Positions 60,467 through 64,000 of a DNA stretch of 64,000 bases are shown here, piece after piece. The translations under genes were made by a program, and so were the position numbers. This DNA is from Lama glama (lineage: Eukaryota). Positions within the stretch are counted from its first letter, which is position 1. Each line of letters begins with the position of its first letter. The notes under the pieces were generated by a model. It saw only the letters and a program-made list of their open reading frames with translations. It did no database searches and was not told the DNA's origin. The stretch is from the NCBI GenBank assembly GCA_028534125.1, contig CM052817.1:93250001-93314000 (forward strand). Direction: 5' to 3'.

Positions 60467-63400
60467 CAGAACAATAAAACAAAATGACATTTCTTCAAAT
60501 GTCAATATAAAATGATCTAACCTATTTGTGCCTCATTTCCTAGGATTACACATTATTGGTTCATTGAGATTATGTAACTAACATTAAAAGAAAACAAATG
60601 CCGATGTTTCAGATAAGTACCACACGAATCTGAAAATTAGATGTTAGGTTAAATAAAAGGACAAAATATTCATATGAGAAGTATATGTGTACCAAGCATT
60701 GCACGTGTGCAGTGAAAGAGGGGTGTCTATACTGTTACAGACACATAGAGAGTCTGCCTTTTAGAAGTTTGAAAACTCTTAGACATGAAATGTTTTTTTA
60801 ATATTGATACTGATATAAAAGCATCATGAGAACAATACAGATAATGTAGCAATCTTGCCAATATTTGAGTCAATATTTCCTGCTGTTTAATAAAAACGCA
60901 GTAAGTCATCATTAAAGATGTACTGTTGGGTTGTGCCCTGTTATGACCTTGGAGTAATTCTGGTGATTTTTGGAAGACTGTGAATGTAATCATACCATGA
61001 GTGCGAAAGTGAATCATTTTAAAGAACTACGAAAAGATAAGCAGGATATGGCTGACCAGGTAACATCACTCCTACTAGGTCTTCTCTCCTTTAATGCTCA
61101 GTCTCTCTGAGCACCATACTCAACTGTGACTCTTGTTTTCCTTTGCAAATTTAAAACTCTAAATATTCATGTAAGGTATGAAAATTCAAGCTCAGGAGAG
61201 CTGATTACATGAACCTTTTTTTTAGGTTAATATTGCACCTTATAATTTTTCCGACCGCCTTGTTACTAAGAGCCAAATAGGATTTGTTTCTTTGCTATCA
61301 GAAATACTTTAGACTTCCTCTTACTTGCTTAGAAATAAAATTAGAATGATAAAGCTGCACTATGGCTTAGAAGGTGAAAATCCAAATTCCCACACCTTAA
61401 CTCTACACCTAATTGGCCTGCAATATTTCATCTAAAATATTATATTTTTTTCTGTTTCTTAAAGGCAGTTTTTGCTATAGGTGGCATTTGTTTGGACAGA
61501 AAGTTCTGACTTAAATCGTCCAAAGAAACAAAAGCTATCATCGATCGGTACTTTCTTTATAAAGTAGTGAAACATAAATATAGGAGGGGAAAAATGTATA
61601 GCTCTTGCTGATTGCAGCTAGGCTCAATGAATGTGAATTCTGTGAATTCACCTAAAAGTATCAATCAACAACAGGACTCTAAGCATATTATCCTCTTCAG
61701 TAGCTCTTAAAGTGTGAAGCCTCCAGCTATTAGGGACGCCTTGTGTTCAATGTATTTGCCTCCGTCTGCAACAACTGCTGACCACAGTTTTTCTCAGACC
61801 AGTTTCTTAAATCCGTGATAAAAGTTAATGTATTTCCCAAGAGATTACAAAAGGTGCCTTGTATATTGAACTAAACAATTGATATATCATTCTGTTCGGA
61901 AATCAAACACCTAAAACATCTGTGTGACTTAGCATACTGCCAGAGTTTAATCTGTTTAATCTAACAGTTTGGCTCACAAATGAGCTACATTTATTAGAAT
62001 CTGGGCCCAGTAATACGTTACTATTTTTCCTGCTTTTAGCAAATGCTAAGATCATAAACTTCAAAATTGATACTGAAGTACAAACGCATTTTTAGTGATG
62101 CTCTAATGAGGCTAACATCTCCCTGAATGTAGCCTAAAGTTTTTGCTGTTTACACTAAAGCTGCATGGCTGAGATTCCCCTTGCAGAACAGAGAGAGTCT
62201 TTTTTTAACGCATCATTACGATTAAATGATTTAATGATGACTAAAATATAAACACCAAATATTGCTTATAGACTAATAAGAGTCTTTAAAGAAGGTAAAA
62301 ACCAAAATAAAATGGTAGCCATCTGAAGATGAGTGATTGCATTTCATGCCATTTTAATAACTTAATACTGCTTCCAATTATTGGTTATCTTCTGGAGAAA
62401 AAGTGATGGTGGCATTCAGTTGTGTGCTGGTAAGTGTTTAACAACTGTTTTTCCAGGAGTTAAAAGGATGGGTTGGTAGCATTTGGCAACCTCTGTGGTG
62501 TAACGTCCACTGTGGTCAATTTCAAGCTACCAGTGGGATGTGGAGTCAGGCACAGTTAGCACACTCTAATTTGTGCAGATGCAATTGACATACATAACCT
62601 CAAGAGCACAGATGAATAGTAAAATGTAGTAAAATAATTAGGAACTGGTAAGTTTTGAGTATTACCTTTGTTTTTAATAAAATTTAATCAGTTGGGTCTT
62701 ATAATTTAATATTTAATAATTGTGCTTAACAAATGGCTTACAGAATTTAATGATCAACTATCATGAGTCAGCATAAGCCAGTTCCAGCACACCACTGTTA
62801 GCCTCTTTTCTCAGCATTTATCAAACTTTATATAGGGAGGGACTTGGTTTTCTAGGGAAGAAAAGTATTACTCTATACAAATCTTTTCTTTTCCACTGTC
62901 TTATTCTGTGCAAAACACCATACTTAGCTGAGGGGAAAAAGAGAAGTTCCCTCCATCCAGACACTAGATTTAAGACTTCACAGTTCTCCAGAAGAGGAGG
63001 TGTTAGTCTTAGAAAGTAAGGACTGGAGGTTAGTTACAGGGATCCTGCTCAATCCGGGCAGTTGGTCACTTTAGTACAACTTGTTAGCATGATCAGATGG
63101 TTACTCCGACTCACTGGATTATTGGAATGACCAAACTATTGACATCAGAGAATTGTTTTGGCAGAGTACAGACAAAACTGAAGGTGATATTTCTAAGAAA
63201 GAAACAGCTGCATAAGAAATAAATGAAAGGGTGCATCTAAGTGTGGGTTTGCTTCAATAAAATACTTCAAATTTTTACTTTTAACTGTTTTGCAGAATAT
63301 TTTCAGGCTCTGGGTCTTTTGTCGCTGGGTCAAACATAATCAGCATACCACCTTATCTTGTTTTTAAATGTTTTCTGTAGGACTCTAAATAACTAATACA

Positions 63401-64000
63401 GAATTGCTATCTATATTTGATGATATCAGAGGGTAAACATGTTTTTGAGCAGAAAAAAAATTCTGTTGTTTGGAAATATTATTTCCTTAGTTCAGTTTCT
63501 GGCTCAACATGATCTTTTAAAATTGAATGACTGGTGCATCTTTCAAATGAAAATGGAAATAGAAAAGCATGACTGAGGCTGTGTTTGTACAAAAGAGATT
63601 GAAAACTTTTCGTGTAACATTTTCTCTTCAACTTAGAAAGAAACTTAAGTTTTCCAAGGATACTTGGAGAATCTCTCAGGAAAGGAGTATTACTGTTGTC
63701 AATATGAAATAACAATGTTCTTGATGAAATCCACTTTTAGAAGTAGCACAAATACAGGCTTCCTATAGGGAAATGCAGATGACTATGCTAATAATAAATA
63801 AGAACTGATATGCATTTGGCTTACAGTAAGCTCAACTCTTTGAGAACGTCTATGTTAGCATTTAATGAAAAAGAAAAAAAATTTTTTGAAATGTCTTCCC
63901 CAAACAGAAAACCCTACTGTTGGCTTTCTAGTTAATAAATATTTTTCCCATATTTGAATCGAGGTTTCATTTTTAGAAATACAAACAAAAGCTATTGTTT
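60400..64000 (-). other. Putative distal 3' UTR (terminal exon) of an unidentified gene to the right of the window
   Basis: Nearly repeat-free, AT-rich, no ORF, upstream of the polyA signature. Inference only. Confidence 0.5.
62417..62797. mobile_element. MER63-type hAT-Blackjack element, full length
   Basis: 14-bp terminal inverted repeats cagttgtgtgctgg (62417-62430) / ccagcacaccactg (62784-62797), 1 mismatch. Internal gtaagtgtttaacaac and tttcaagctacca motifs. Confidence 0.9.

Noticed and set aside
1..64000. CRISPR arrays, prokaryotic operons/defence systems, rRNA, CpG-island promoter, intact provirus
   Set aside because: No regularly spaced repeat-spacer units, no long ORFs, no CpG-dense island and no paired LTRs with internal genes; the window is ordinary mammalian non-coding DNA.
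60400..64000. Assigning a gene symbol to the putative 3' UTR
   Set aside because: No coding sequence is in the window and I do not recognise the UTR; a BLAST search is required.

Overview
AT-rich, repeat-dense, non-coding mammalian DNA. It is most likely camelid (camel/alpaca/llama), inferred from two tRNA-Ala-derived vic-1-type SINEs and cetartiodactyl-type L1 3' ends. No protein-coding exon could be recognised; the ORF track is noise apart from decayed L1 ORF2 peptides. The window holds young and old L1 fragments (several with clear target-site duplications), L2/MIR relics, MaLR (MLT1) and ERVL (MLT2) LTRs, about five ERV1-like solo LTRs, hAT DNA-transposon relics (MER5, MER33, MER63), microsatellites and a 500-N scaffold gap. 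The best-supported gene signal is a classic minus-strand polyadenylation site at ~60,400, suggesting that 60.4-64 kb is the distal 3' UTR of an unidentified gene lying to the right of the window. Also of note are several near-perfect palindromes in unique DNA, a divergent set of CTCF-like motifs and two minus-strand micro-exon candidates. I found no convincing new biological system. Repeat family names are from memory of consensus sequences and need Dfam/RepeatMasker confirmation; boundaries of old repeats are approximate.
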